32,000 nucleotides of DNA from contig JAHDLO010000012.1 of the NCBI GenBank assembly GCA_018432235.1, positions 1,461-33,460 of the forward strand, read 5' to 3'. How positions within the stretch are numbered: position 1 is the first letter of the stretch; every line of letters begins with the position of its first letter. This DNA comes from Clostridiaceae bacterium (lineage in GTDB: Bacteria; Bacillota; Clostridia; Peptostreptococcales; Natronincolaceae). The translations under genes were made by a program, and so were the position numbers. The notes below the pieces were generated by a model. The model did no database searches. It had not been told where the DNA came from and saw nothing but the letters and a program-made list of their open reading frames with translations. Shown one piece after another: positions 16,119-25,865 of this stretch.

Positions 16119-18447
16119 GACTCTGCAAAAAATTATGAAGCAGGATAAGGAGAAATTTATAGTCCCCAAAGGCGTCCAGCAAGCTATCCCTATACGCGCC
16201 ATCTGGCCGGATGGGATTTTTCGTGTTGGCAACAAATTTTCCAAATCCTTTCGCTTTGAAGATATAAATTATGCAGTAGCCTCCAAGGAGGATAAGGAAG
16301 CTATGTTTTTATCCTATTCGGAGCTTTTAAATTCCTTTGACAGCGGAGCCACCACTAAAATCACCATCAACAACCGGCGTTTGAATAAAACAGACTTTGA
16401 AAACTCCATCCTGATTCCTTTAAGGAACGACCGGCTGGACGAGTACCGCAGTGAATATAATCAGATGCTCATGGATAAGGCCAGCGGCGCAAATAGCATT
16501 GTACAGGACAAATATGTGACAGTCTCTGTAATGAAAAAGAACATTGAGGAAGCGAGAAACTACTTCTCCCGTATCGGCACCGACCTGATTACCCATTTTT
16601 CTCATCTTGGTTCCAGATGTGTAGAGCTGAACGCCATTGATCGGCTTAGAATCCTGCACGACTTCTTCCGTTCCGGTGAGGAAACGGATTTTCGTTTTGA
16701 CCTGTCCGAAACCATGAGAAAAGGGCACGATTTTAAAGATTATATCTGCCCCGACACCTTTGAGTTTGAAAAAGATCACTTTCGCATGGGCAGCAAATTC
16801 GGGCGTGTCATCTTTCTGCGTGAGTATGCCAGCTACATCAAGGACAGTATGGTATCCGAATTGTGCGATTTAAACCGTAATATGATGTTGTCGCTGGACA
16901 TTATCCCCATCCCCACCGACGAAGCTGTGCGGGAGGTGGAGAACCGGCTGCTGGGAGTGGAAACCAATATCACCAACTGGCAGCGCAGGCAGAACCAAAG
17001 CAACAACTTTTCCGCCGTGGTGCCCTATGACATGGAGCAGCAGCGCAAGGAAAGCAAAGAATTTCTTGACGACCTGACCACCCGCGACCAGCGGATGATG
17101 TTTGCCGTGCTGACGATGATACACATTGCGGACAGCAAAGAGCAGCTTGACGGTGATACCGAAACCCTGCTGACCACGGCACGAAAACACCTATGCCAGT
17201 TTTCCCCCCTGACCTATCAGCAGATGGACGGCTTGAATACGGTACTGCCATACGGTTTGCGAAAAATCGACGCCATACGGACACTGACCACTGAAAGCAC
17301 GGCGGTGTTCATTCCATTCAGGGCACAGGAGATTGCTCACAGCGGCGGTATCTATTACGGCCAGAATGTTATCAGCAAGAACATGATTATCGCCAACCGC
17401 AAGCACCTGCTAAACGGCAACAGCTTCATTCTGGGGGTGTCCGGCTCCGGTAAGAGCTTTACTGCCAAGAGGGAAATCGTCAATCAGATGCTTGCCAGTG
17501 ACGACGACATTATCTTAATCGACCCCGAAAGGGAGTATTCCTCCCTTGTCAAAGCGATGGGCGGTGAGATCATTCACATCTCTGCGACCTCTCCCAATCA
17601 TATCAACGCAATGGACATGAACAAGGATTATGGTGATGGTGCAAACCCCGTTATCCTAAAATCTGAATTTGTACTGTCCCTGTGTGAGCAGCTCATAGGC
17701 GGACAAAACCTGGGCGCGAAACAGAAATCCTTGATTGACCGCTGTACAGCAAGTGTCTACCGGAAATATCTGCAAAACAATTTCAAGGGAACACCGCCCA
17801 CCTTGCAGGACTTTCATGGGGAGCTTTTAAAGCAGGATGAACCTGAGGCCCAAGAAATTGCCCTTGCCATAGAATTGTTTACCAGCGGCAGCCTGAACAC
17901 CTTTGCCAAACACACCAACGTGGATGTGAACAACCGCCTGATCTGCTATGACATTCTTGATTTAGGAAAACAGCTTCTTCCCATCGGGATGCTGGTGGTG
18001 CTGGACAGCATACTAAACCGCATCACGCAAAACCGGGCAAAAGGCAAGAACACCTTTATCATTATTGATGAAATTTATCTGCTGTTCCAGCATGAGTACA
18101 GCGCCAATTTCCTGTTCACTCTCTGGAAGCGTGTTAGGAAGTACGGCGCTTTTTGCACGGGCATCACACAGAATGTGGACGATCTTTTGCAGAGCCATAC
18201 GGCACGGACCATGCTGGCCAACAGTGAGTTTATTGCCATGCTCAATCAGGCTTCTACGGACAGAATGGAGCTTGCCAGGTTAATAAATATTTCCGACCTT
18301 CAGCTTTCCTACATCACAAACGTAGATGCCGGTAACGGACTCATTAAGGTGGGCAGCTCCCTTGTGCCCTTCAAGGACCAATTCCCGCACAATACAAAGC
18401 TCTATAACTTGATGACCACCAAGCCGGGAGAGCAGGCGACAATATGA
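16111..18447 (+). CDS. virB4: VirB4-type conjugation ATPase
   Basis: Start at the ATG at 16111, after GAAGGAGG. Walker A is GVSGSGKS and Walker B is TFIIIDEIY. It is about 778 aa. Confidence 0.9.
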   Translation: MIKTLQKIMKQDKEKFIVPKGVQQAIPIRAIWPDGIFRVGNKFSKSFRFEDINYAVASKEDKEAMFLSYSELLNSFDSGATTKITINNRRLNKTDFENSILIPLRNDRLDEYRSEYNQMLMDKASGANSIVQDKYVTVSVMKKNIEEARNYFSRIGTDLITHFSHLGSRCVELNAIDRLRILHDFFRSGEETDFRFDLSETMRKGHDFKDYICPDTFEFEKDHFRMGSKFGRVIFLREYASYIKDSMVSELCDLNRNMMLSLDIIPIPTDEAVREVENRLLGVETNITNWQRRQNQSNNFSAVVPYDMEQQRKESKEFLDDLTTRDQRMMFAVLTMIHIADSKEQLDGDTETLLTTARKHLCQFSPLTYQQMDGLNTVLPYGLRKIDAIRTLTTESTAVFIPFRAQEIAHSGGIYYGQNVISKNMIIANRKHLLNGNSFILGVSGSGKSFTAKREIVNQMLASDDDIILIDPEREYSSLVKAMGGEIIHISATSPNHINAMDMNKDYGDGANPVILKSEFVLSLCEQLIGGQNLGAKQKSLIDRCTASVYRKYLQNNFKGTPPTLQDFHGELLKQDEPEAQEIALAIELFTSGSLNTFAKHTNVDVNNRLICYDILDLGKQLLPIGMLVVLDSILNRITQNRAKGKNTFIIIDEIYLLFQHEYSANFLFTLWKRVRKYGAFCTGITQNVDDLLQSHTARTMLANSEFIAMLNQASTDRMELARLINISDLQLSYITNVDAGNGLIKVGSSLVPFKDQFPHNTKLYNLMTTKPGEQATI

Positions 18448-18521
18448 TAAACCATACAAGCCTTAAACGACTATCCATATTTACGGTCAGCCGTTTATTT
18501 ATTAGTAAGGAGGAAAACACA

Positions 18522-18926
18522 ATGGAAAATATCAGTTTTTCAAGCAAGGAGCATAAGGATTTTTATTGTCAAATGCTTCTCAAAACCCACAATTTTGACC
18601 CTTATCACCGGGCGTTTTTCTATACAATGGGAATTTGTGTGGAAACAAGACGTAATATAGACACCCTTTTTGATTTCAAAAATGATGGTATTAACCCAGA
18701 CGGCTTATCAGCTCCGTGGCAGACCGGCGGCACTCGCCGTTTGTGCCGTTTAGCCTTTAATCTCTGGAACGGCTTTACGGAGGAAGGTAATGAAAACCGT
18801 TCCTCCCCCTATGAGTTATTCGACTGCGACTTTGCACCCTACTTTTTTGAAGCCGTCCGTCTGCGATATCCTGAATACTGCCGGAACATAGGACGTACCA
18901 TCCATATATCTGTGATAGAGCGGTAA
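18522..18926 (+). CDS. Conserved conjugative-element protein of unknown function (134 aa)
   Basis: ATG at 18522 after TAAGGAGG. It sits in the T4SS operon directly after virB4. No catalytic motif is recognised. Confidence 0.6.
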   Translation: MENISFSSKEHKDFYCQMLLKTHNFDPYHRAFFYTMGICVETRRNIDTLFDFKNDGINPDGLSAPWQTGGTRRLCRLAFNLWNGFTEEGNENRSSPYELFDCDFAPYFFEAVRLRYPEYCRNIGRTIHISVIER

Positions 18927-18957
18927 GTCAACAAATTATGAAAAGGAGGTGCGCGCG

Positions 18958-20604
18958 TTGAAAGAAATCAAAACCAAGTCCACCATAAAGGACATTAAAG
19001 TGCTGGATAAAACAATAGATGTTTCCCACAGGATGAAAAAAGCCTATATCCGCACTAAAGATAAAGCTGAACAGCTTGGGCATAACAAGGACGATAACTA
19101 TGTAGATGAAGCCGAAAGCAGCATCCAGGAAGGCATGGAAACTGTTGCCCGAAAAGCCGGACATACTGCGGGAATCTACGGAAAAAAATCAATTCAAAAA
19201 ACAAAGGAACGCCGCGCACCGGATACAAATGCACCGCGTTCAGATTCACCTAACGGAGAGGGTGCACGGCAGGCTCCTGATAATGAAGCAAAGGAATCCG
19301 TGTACCAAAATGGCGTTCCAACTGAAACAAAACAAGCAGCAAAGCGGAATGCTTCCCCCTTCAAAACTAAAAAAACAGGGAAGGAAAACGTTTTTCAACC
19401 CGTATCAGAGACAGCAGAAAAACATAATGCTATCCAATCCACAGCTAAAAAAACCACAACGAAACAAACCTCAAAACGGAAATTTACTCTATCCAAACCA
19501 AGCGAATTGGCAAGACGCAGGTTTGTTCAAAGCAGAACGAAACAGCAGCTTTCGCAAGCCAGTGAAATTCGGACGGTAAGTCACAATTTCAGTGCAATAC
19601 ATTCACAACAAATATCCAAGCCAATATCTTTCCAACACTCCCTCTTTCAAACGGTCAGGAGAGCAGCACCACAGACCTTCCGTGAATACGGGGAAACAGG
19701 CCGATCCATAAAGCAGTCTGCCAAAACCGGTGGCAAAACCCTAAAGAAATCTGCTAAAGGTACGATTAAAGCAGTACAAAAGTCGGTAAAAACTGCTGAA
19801 CACACTACCAAGGCTACCGTAAAAACCACCAGGGCAGCGACAAAAACCGCTGTCCGCACCGCACAGACGGCTCAAAGAGCGGCACAGGCGGCACGGATGG
19901 CGGCAAGAGCGGCGGCAGTTTCTGCAAAGGCGGCATTGAAAGCGGTATTGGCCTCTATCAAAGCAATTATCGCAGCGGCAAAAGGTTTGATTACCCTAAT
20001 TACCGCCGGTGGATGGATAGCTTTTATCATTATTCTTGTGATATGTCTTGCGGGGCTTTTTACAAGCTCTGTCTTCGGTGTTTTCTATTCCAATGAAAGC
20101 TCCGGCGAAAACACTCCGGTCATGACAGAGGTAGTCCAGCAGCTAAATGAGGAATTCACGGTAGAACTAGAGCAAATACAGGATGAAAATTCCCATGACA
20201 CGCTAGAGATGTCTGACAGTATCACAACTATAGGCAACTGGCGGGACATCCTGGCGGTCTATGCAGTCAAGGTGGCAACCGACCCCAAAAATGGTATGGA
20301 GGTTGCCACTCTTGATGATATAAAGGTGGGAATTCTACGAGATGTCTTTTGGGATATGAACATAATCGACTATTGGATAGAAACTATTGAGCATATAGAA
20401 ACGGTAACATCTACCGATGAGGACGGTAACGAAACCCAGGAAACGGTTACTACCACTGAGACTATTTTACATATCAGGTTAATATCAAAATCCTATACGG
20501 ATATGATTGCCGAGTATGATTTCAATGCGGAACAGGCAGAGATGCTGGACGAATTAATGCAGGATAAATACCGGGAATTATTTATGCGGCTGATCGGCAG
20601 TTAA
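18958..20604 (+). CDS. Membrane-anchored T4SS protein. It resembles the N-terminal two thirds of the ICE cell-wall hydrolase (CD1108-type), but I see no hydrolase domain.
   Basis: Likely TTG start at 18958, 8 nt after AAGGAGG. It has a basic Lys/Thr/Ala-rich region and an Ala-rich helix, then one TM helix (GGWIAFIIILVICLAGLF) and about 190 aa of extracytoplasmic sequence. It ends exactly where GC and gene content change. Confidence 0.6.
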   Translation: MKEIKTKSTIKDIKVLDKTIDVSHRMKKAYIRTKDKAEQLGHNKDDNYVDEAESSIQEGMETVARKAGHTAGIYGKKSIQKTKERRAPDTNAPRSDSPNGEGARQAPDNEAKESVYQNGVPTETKQAAKRNASPFKTKKTGKENVFQPVSETAEKHNAIQSTAKKTTTKQTSKRKFTLSKPSELARRRFVQSRTKQQLSQASEIRTVSHNFSAIHSQQISKPISFQHSLFQTVRRAAPQTFREYGETGRSIKQSAKTGGKTLKKSAKGTIKAVQKSVKTAEHTTKATVKTTRAATKTAVRTAQTAQRAAQAARMAARAAAVSAKAALKAVLASIKAIIAAAKGLITLITAGGWIAFIIILVICLAGLFTSSVFGVFYSNESSGENTPVMTEVVQQLNEEFTVELEQIQDENSHDTLEMSDSITTIGNWRDILAVYAVKVATDPKNGMEVATLDDIKVGILRDVFWDMNIIDYWIETIEHIETVTSTDEDGNETQETVTTTETILHIRLISKSYTDMIAEYDFNAEQAEMLDELMQDKYRELFMRLIGS

Positions 20605-20687
20605 GGGATATTAGACTGTGCCTGCAGAAAATCAAAAGGAATATACCGTGAAAAAATTAATGAATCATACGAAAGGTGGAAGAATGG

Positions 20688-20927
20688 ATGGATCTAGAGA
20701 AATTAAGAGAAGTGGAATATATAAAGTGCGTGGATTTACTGACTGAGTTGCTTGATCTGGATGCCGACGCAAAAGAAAAAATCCATAAATGCTTTCAAAA
20801 GATGGGGATTAAAAGCTTTTTTCTTCGCCTTGAATCGTTGGACTTACCTCCTCAAATTTTCGAGAAGTTGAATAGCATTAAATCCATTATTGATTTAGTT
20901 GAGAGAAAAAGGGGGCAGGTATTATGA
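20688..20927 (+). CDS. Small protein (79 aa) translationally coupled to radC. It may be RadC N-terminal-like.
   Basis: ATG at 20688 after GAAAGGTGG. Its stop overlaps the radC ATG (ATGA). Confidence 0.45.
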   Translation: MDLEKLREVEYIKCVDLLTELLDLDADAKEKIHKCFQKMGIKSFFLRLESLDLPPQIFEKLNSIKSIIDLVERKRGQVL

Positions 20928-21628
20928 AGCAAGACATACGGCATACTGATAATTTTTTAAAAGGGCTGACAACCTTAACAGGACTGTCCTATAAAAAAGT
21001 TCAGCGGTATGTAAAAGAAAATAACCCCTTTAATATCCTGGAGCATCCCCATATCATGGAGCCAAATGAAAAGCAGCTTGAAAAGATAGGCTTGCTCAAT
21101 GAGTTTATTGCCTCGTACAACATTTTGAAAATCTATGAGAGCAATGAAAAGGTAGTGCTTAATTCATCAACCTTATCAGGTCAGTATTTCTTAGCCCTTT
21201 TGGGGGGAATGAAGGATAAGGAAAGGTTTATGGTGGCTTTTTTAGACAGCGGCAATAATATAATCGAAGCAAAAACCATGTCGGAAGGAAGTATCGGACA
21301 AACAGCAGTATATCCAAGAGAAATATTGAAATATGCTCTTGCCTGTGATTGTAATGCAATGATTTTAGCCCATAACCATCCCGGAGGCTCCAAAAATTTT
21401 TCTCCGGATGATAAGGCATTGACACAGAGGATTGTTGATATTTTTCATCCCTTAGAAATAAAAGTTTTAGACCACATAATTGTGAGCGGCGCAAGCTATT
21501 CTTCCATGGCGGAAAAAGGGATACTTCCGCATCAATGCAAAGGTACGGCAAATTATGAACAGATTTCTTTAGGCCCAATACCCGTGAAAGAAAATCGGAA
21601 TAGGTTTAAACATACACATTCGCGTTAA
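20924..21628 (+). CDS. radC: RadC-like JAB/MPN domain protein
   Basis: It has the JAMM motif ILAHNHPGG followed by S.DD (FSPDDKALT), and a VLDHIIV block. Its 234-aa length is typical of RadC. Confidence 0.85.
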   Translation: MKQDIRHTDNFLKGLTTLTGLSYKKVQRYVKENNPFNILEHPHIMEPNEKQLEKIGLLNEFIASYNILKIYESNEKVVLNSSTLSGQYFLALLGGMKDKERFMVAFLDSGNNIIEAKTMSEGSIGQTAVYPREILKYALACDCNAMILAHNHPGGSKNFSPDDKALTQRIVDIFHPLEIKVLDHIIVSGASYSSMAEKGILPHQCKGTANYEQISLGPIPVKENRNRFKHTHSR

Positions 21629-21869
21629 GTATCTTATCAAATCACAAAATAGTCAATGCAATATTATTGTAAACGCCAAAATTAAAGCCTAAATAGACCA
21701 GGTTATATTATCATAACGGGGGATAACCATAATTACATGTCTATTTTTATATAATTGTTTGCAGTTTATATTCTGGCTGATAATCTTGTTTGTCAATATG
21801 TGTTCAGGCGTTCTAATAGGTATATTTATTAAAAGGCTTCACCATGGAGCAAACACAGACTCATGAACA

Positions 21870-22260
21870 GACTTATATAGTTAACTGTACTTTTACGACA
21901 GGAGCGACTATGAAATAAAAAGAATGAAGCCTGCAATATTGTTGTTATCATTTGCATTAATAGACATAGGCAATTTCATAACTATTAACGATATCTAAGG
22001 GCATCTGGAGGGTGACAAGGTTCTGGTAGTGATTGCCAGAATATTTAAAACACAGCGCAGGTCGGATGATACATTGTCCGTTGGGGTGATGAATAGTTTG
22101 TAATAATTTTACATGGAACCGATAAAAGCGGAGCGTTGGCTTTTGTTGAACGTATCAGGAAGTTGGTAGAATTCTCAAACTGCAAGTTTCAAGTATAAAG
22201 TAACCGCCTGCGTATGAATTACGACAGTATACCAAGATCATGATATAGAAAAAATTATGT
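21870..22260 (+). pseudogene. Decayed GGDEF diguanylate-cyclase fragment
   Basis: Translation across frames gives LIDIGNFITINDI*GHLEGDKVLVVIARIF..RRSDDTLS / RWGDE*FVIILHGTDKSGALAFVERIRKLVE...YKVTACVGITT. This is the DIDxFKxINDxxGHxxGDxxL ... RxGGDEF ... SxGIA order of a GGDEF domain, broken by stops and at least one frameshift. Confidence 0.65.
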
Positions 22261-22493
22261 TTGTACCCGGCGGGGCATTATGACTAATAGCAAAAGAATA
22301 GAAGAACACGGTTGTATATTCCGTTCAACGCAAATGCTTCAGTTGTGTTTTGGCAAATTGGGTTTTGAAAAAGTGAGAATCGAGCCAAAACTACCTTATC
22401 TTGTAATAGTTAATATATACAGAATAAACTTACCATGCCATGGATTATCTGTGCAGACTCCACAAAAATTATTAAAAAAAGAATTTTTCTTAT

Positions 22494-22553
22494 ATGAGAT
22501 ACTTCTCATTTTTAACATAATATGTTATAATGCAAACGTGAGAGGTATCTCAT
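22494..22553 (+). promoter_or_regulatory. Promoter flanked by two inverted 16-bp operator-like sites (candidate TetR operators)
   Basis: Site 1 is ATGAGATACTTCTCAT (22494-22509). Site 2 is GTGAGAGGTATCTCAT (22538-22553). The reverse complement of site 2 matches site 1 at 14 of 16 positions. Between them lies an extended -10, TGTTATAAT (22523-22531), with a -35-like TTCTCA (22503-22508). Confidence 0.55.
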
Positions 22554-22576
22554 ATTATTTGATTGGAGGTGTGATT

Positions 22577-23170
22577 ATGCCAAAGGAAACATTTTACAAT
22601 CTGAAGGACGAAAAAAAGCAGCGCATATTTGAGGCAGCAGTTCAAGAATTTGCATCGCGCAAGTTCAGCGAGGCGTCCCTTAATCAAATTGTCAAGGTTG
22701 CGCAGATACCATGGGGCAGCTTCTATCAATATTTTGATGGTAAAGAAGACCTTTACCTCTATGTTATAAAGGAAATATCAAGAGATAAATGGGATGCTCT
22801 GGAACAAGCTGGTGCAGAGGATATGGATGAGGATTTTTTTGACACAATTCGGGGAAAAATCGGAGCGCTGTTTGAGTTGGGAAAACGTAATGCAGACTAT
22901 GCACAGATTGTCCTGCTCCAAGAGATGGATGACAATGAATTTATCAGGAAGCTACGTAGAGGTTCTACCAAACGCTGGAAAGACATTATTGAACGCGATA
23001 AGGAGCGTAGTCTAATCAAACCGGAAGTCGATGCTGATGTAATGATAGATATGTTTTACAATTTTGTTCTGCTAAATTATTACCGGGTCGGTCTAGATGA
23101 TGAAGAGAAATATTTGGACACGCTGGATAAAGCCATCAAAATAATGCGGGATGGAGTAAGTGCAAATTAA
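22577..23170 (+). CDS. TetR/AcrR family transcriptional regulator
   Basis: I moved the start to the ATG at 22577 after GGAGGTG. The N-terminal HTH is IFEAAVQEFASRKFSEASLNQIVKVAQIPWGSFYQYFDGKEDLY. The upstream part of track ORF 22280.. is AT-rich promoter DNA. Confidence 0.85.
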   Translation: MPKETFYNLKDEKKQRIFEAAVQEFASRKFSEASLNQIVKVAQIPWGSFYQYFDGKEDLYLYVIKEISRDKWDALEQAGAEDMDEDFFDTIRGKIGALFELGKRNADYAQIVLLQEMDDNEFIRKLRRGSTKRWKDIIERDKERSLIKPEVDADVMIDMFYNFVLLNYYRVGLDDEEKYLDTLDKAIKIMRDGVSAN

Positions 23171-23214
23171 TAATTATCTAATAGAGCAATCAAACTTTAA
23201 GGAGGGATAAAAAA

Positions 23215-25758
23215 GTGGGAAAATATATTATTAACCTAAAAGACAATGAGGCATGTAAACTGTCCATTTCAGGTGGGAAAGGCGCAAACCTTTCCAAACT
23301 GCACAGTATCCCCGGTATTCCTGTACCGGATGGCTTTGTTGTTAGTGCCCAGGGTTATAGCGATTTGGTCTTGTCCATGCCGGAAGTAAAAAGCTTACTT
23401 TCCCGGTTGAGATCGATTACCGTAGATCAAACAGAAGCCGTCTCACAATTAAGTAAACAAATAAGAGAGACAATCGAAAAAATCAGTTTTCCCTTAGAGT
23501 TCACAGAAGAAATTAACAAGGTACTATCAAAATATGGCAATTCATTCCCATATGCCGTGCGCTCCAGCGCAACTGCAGAGGATTTACCTGGAGCTTCCTT
23601 TGCCGGGCAGCAAGATACATTCTTGAATGTCAAGGGGCTTAAAAACATTTGCGAGGCAATTGTTAAGTGTTGGGCGTCTCTGTTCAACGAACGGGCTGTT
23701 GCTTACCGTATTAAAAACGGTTTTCCCCATGACAAGGTTACAATCGCTGTGGTTGTACAAAAAATGGTTAATTCTGAAGTATCTGGCGTACTGTTCACAG
23801 CCGATCCGATGACCTCCGACCGTTTTACAACCGTTATTGAAGCGGTCAGGGGTTTAGGAGAGGATTTGGTATCCGGGCGCAAAAACCCCTTTGAGTGGAA
23901 GCTGCGGCACGGCAAGCTGCAAAAAACCAGCGACGGCGAAGGGGAAATGCCCCTTGAAGAAGCACGTCTTTTGGAATTGTCACAGATTGGTAAAAGAATA
24001 GAAAAGGCTTTCGACTGCGAGCAGGATATTGAATGGTGTTATACCAAGGACGGTTTTTCTATCGTACAGGCACGGCCCATCACTACCTTGTTCCCCCTGC
24101 CGCAAAGTCCTGATGGCTATAAGCATTGTGCTATATCTGCCGGTCACCTGCAAATGATGACGGACATTATTCTGCCATTAGGAATTTCTGTGTTACAAAA
24201 ATCTGCATTTTTTCCGGTAATGGAATTGGGTGGCCGGATGTATATGGACGTGACCCATGACCTTGGCACAAAAAAAGGGCGGCGAAAAGTTTTATCGGAA
24301 GCAAAAATAAAAGATCCTCTTATGTATTCCACATTAGCAAAAATCATGGAAAGAAAGGAATATATAAAAAATATTCCCAGTGGTCCCAGTGGGTTTCTGG
24401 CCATTGAGGGAATAGGCAAAATATTGGTAACAGCGGTCCGTACCTATTTTCGCAACAACGAAGCAGACATTGACGCTTATGTGAACAGGCAAAAAGCGGA
24501 AATAGAAGCCATGCGTAGCAAATTGGAACGTCTTTCCGGAACAAAAGCCTTGCAATTTATTATGGACGATCAGGAGCGTTTTCGCAAAGTTCTATATGAC
24601 CCTTCGGGAACGGGTGCAACTGTTATGACGATTATGGTTGCGAGACTTTTGGATAAATCGGTGGAAAAGCTCACCGGCGAAAAGACAATTACCAACCGTC
24701 TGGCAAAATCAGTAAGGCACAATTCTTCATCAGAAATGGGGTTGAAACTTTGTGAGGTGTCAGATATCGTACGAAATTATCCTCAGGTTGTGGCTTATCT
24801 TGAAGAAGCCGGCGAGGATTTGTCACTTGAGGCACTCAGAAAGCTGGAGGGAGGCAATCAGGTAGCCAACAAGTTTGCGGAGTTTCTGAAGGAATACGGT
24901 ATGCATTGCGCCGGGGAATTAGATATAACTCGTGAACGTTTCCGCGAACGTCCAGGCATACTTTGTACTTCCCTGCTGAATAATATTAAAAATTTGCCTG
25001 CCGGACACGCGGAAATTTCCTTTGAACAGGGTAAGCAGGAAGCTGAACAATTAGCGAAAGAGCTTGTGGCAAAAATGGAGGCCGAGCATGGTAGACTCAA
25101 AGCAAGGAAGCTAAAAAAGAGAATTGAAAAATACCGAAATTTTGTGGGTGTACGGGAATATACAAAATATTTTTGGATGGCTCACTATGATGTTTATAAG
25201 CAAGCCATTATGCGAGAAGTGCACAACCTTGTCGAGGCTGGTGTACTGAAGAAATCGGAGGATGCCAATTACCTGTCAATGGATGAACTTTTAGATGCGG
25301 TAAAAAGCGGGTGTGTAAATCAGAATTTGATTGAGGAACGTAAGGACGCTTACCGTTCTTATGAAACACTTACACCGCCTCGTATCATTTTCTCCGATGG
25401 TGAAGTACCGCCTGTATCTTATTCAGTGAATATTCCGAGCGGTGCGCTTGCAGGACTTGCAGTATCAACGGGTATCGTGGAGGGGCGCGCTCGTGTGGTG
25501 GAAAACCTTGAGGATGCTCATATCGAAAAGGGGGATATTCTCGTTACCACATTCACAGATCCCAGTTGGACACCGATATTCGTATCTCTTTCAGGACTTG
25601 TTACTGAGGTTGGGGGCATGATGTCGCATGGCGCAGTAATTACCCGCGAATATGGCCTGCCTGCGGTAGTTGGCGTGGTGAACGCTACCAGGCTGATTAA
25701 AGATGGACAAAGAATTCGTATAAATGGAACAGAAGGATATATAGAAATTTTGGAATAG
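23215..25758 (+). CDS. rph: PEP-synthase-like antibiotic phosphotransferase, rifampin phosphotransferase (RPH) family
   Basis: 847 aa, with a GTG start after AAGGAGGG. The N-terminal ATP-grasp block is AVRSSATAEDLPGASFAGQQDTFLNV...CWASLFNERAVAYR...VSGVLFTADP...DIEWC...IVQARPITT. The C-terminal swivel His domain is TDPSWTPIFVSLSGLVTEVGGMMSHGAVITREYGLPAVVGV. The architecture and these blocks match RPH enzymes as I recall them. Confidence 0.7.
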   Translation: MGKYIINLKDNEACKLSISGGKGANLSKLHSIPGIPVPDGFVVSAQGYSDLVLSMPEVKSLLSRLRSITVDQTEAVSQLSKQIRETIEKISFPLEFTEEINKVLSKYGNSFPYAVRSSATAEDLPGASFAGQQDTFLNVKGLKNICEAIVKCWASLFNERAVAYRIKNGFPHDKVTIAVVVQKMVNSEVSGVLFTADPMTSDRFTTVIEAVRGLGEDLVSGRKNPFEWKLRHGKLQKTSDGEGEMPLEEARLLELSQIGKRIEKAFDCEQDIEWCYTKDGFSIVQARPITTLFPLPQSPDGYKHCAISAGHLQMMTDIILPLGISVLQKSAFFPVMELGGRMYMDVTHDLGTKKGRRKVLSEAKIKDPLMYSTLAKIMERKEYIKNIPSGPSGFLAIEGIGKILVTAVRTYFRNNEADIDAYVNRQKAEIEAMRSKLERLSGTKALQFIMDDQERFRKVLYDPSGTGATVMTIMVARLLDKSVEKLTGEKTITNRLAKSVRHNSSSEMGLKLCEVSDIVRNYPQVVAYLEEAGEDLSLEALRKLEGGNQVANKFAEFLKEYGMHCAGELDITRERFRERPGILCTSLLNNIKNLPAGHAEISFEQGKQEAEQLAKELVAKMEAEHGRLKARKLKKRIEKYRNFVGVREYTKYFWMAHYDVYKQAIMREVHNLVEAGVLKKSEDANYLSMDELLDAVKSGCVNQNLIEERKDAYRSYETLTPPRIIFSDGEVPPVSYSVNIPSGALAGLAVSTGIVEGRARVVENLEDAHIEKGDILVTTFTDPSWTPIFVSLSGLVTEVGGMMSHGAVITREYGLPAVVGVVNATRLIKDGQRIRINGTEGYIEILE

Positions 25759-25865
25759 TAAGAGTGATATTTTTTTGTTAATGAATGAATAAAGGATGAC
25801 AAACTATTAAGCGACCCATTGAAGGTCGCTTTCTCAGACATAAAAAGAATTGAGGTGTTTCGATT

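Noticed and set aside
19780-19990. Apparent tandem repeat (ACC/GCA/AAA-rich, encoding TTKATVKTTRAATKTAVRTAQTAQRAAQAARMAARAAA)
   Set aside because: It is a low-complexity Ala/Thr/Lys-rich helical segment inside an intact ORF, not a nucleotide-level repeat array or CRISPR.
22280-22576. N-terminal 99-codon extension of the TetR ORF
   Set aside because: This stretch is AT-rich and contains the promoter and operator sites. A strong RBS plus ATG at 22577 begins exactly at the TetR HTH domain.
25809-25831. Hairpin AAGCGACC-cattgaa-GGTCGCTT between rph-like and MFS genes as a terminator
   Set aside because: It has a short stem with no U-tract after it. The MFS gene follows closely and is probably co-transcribed.
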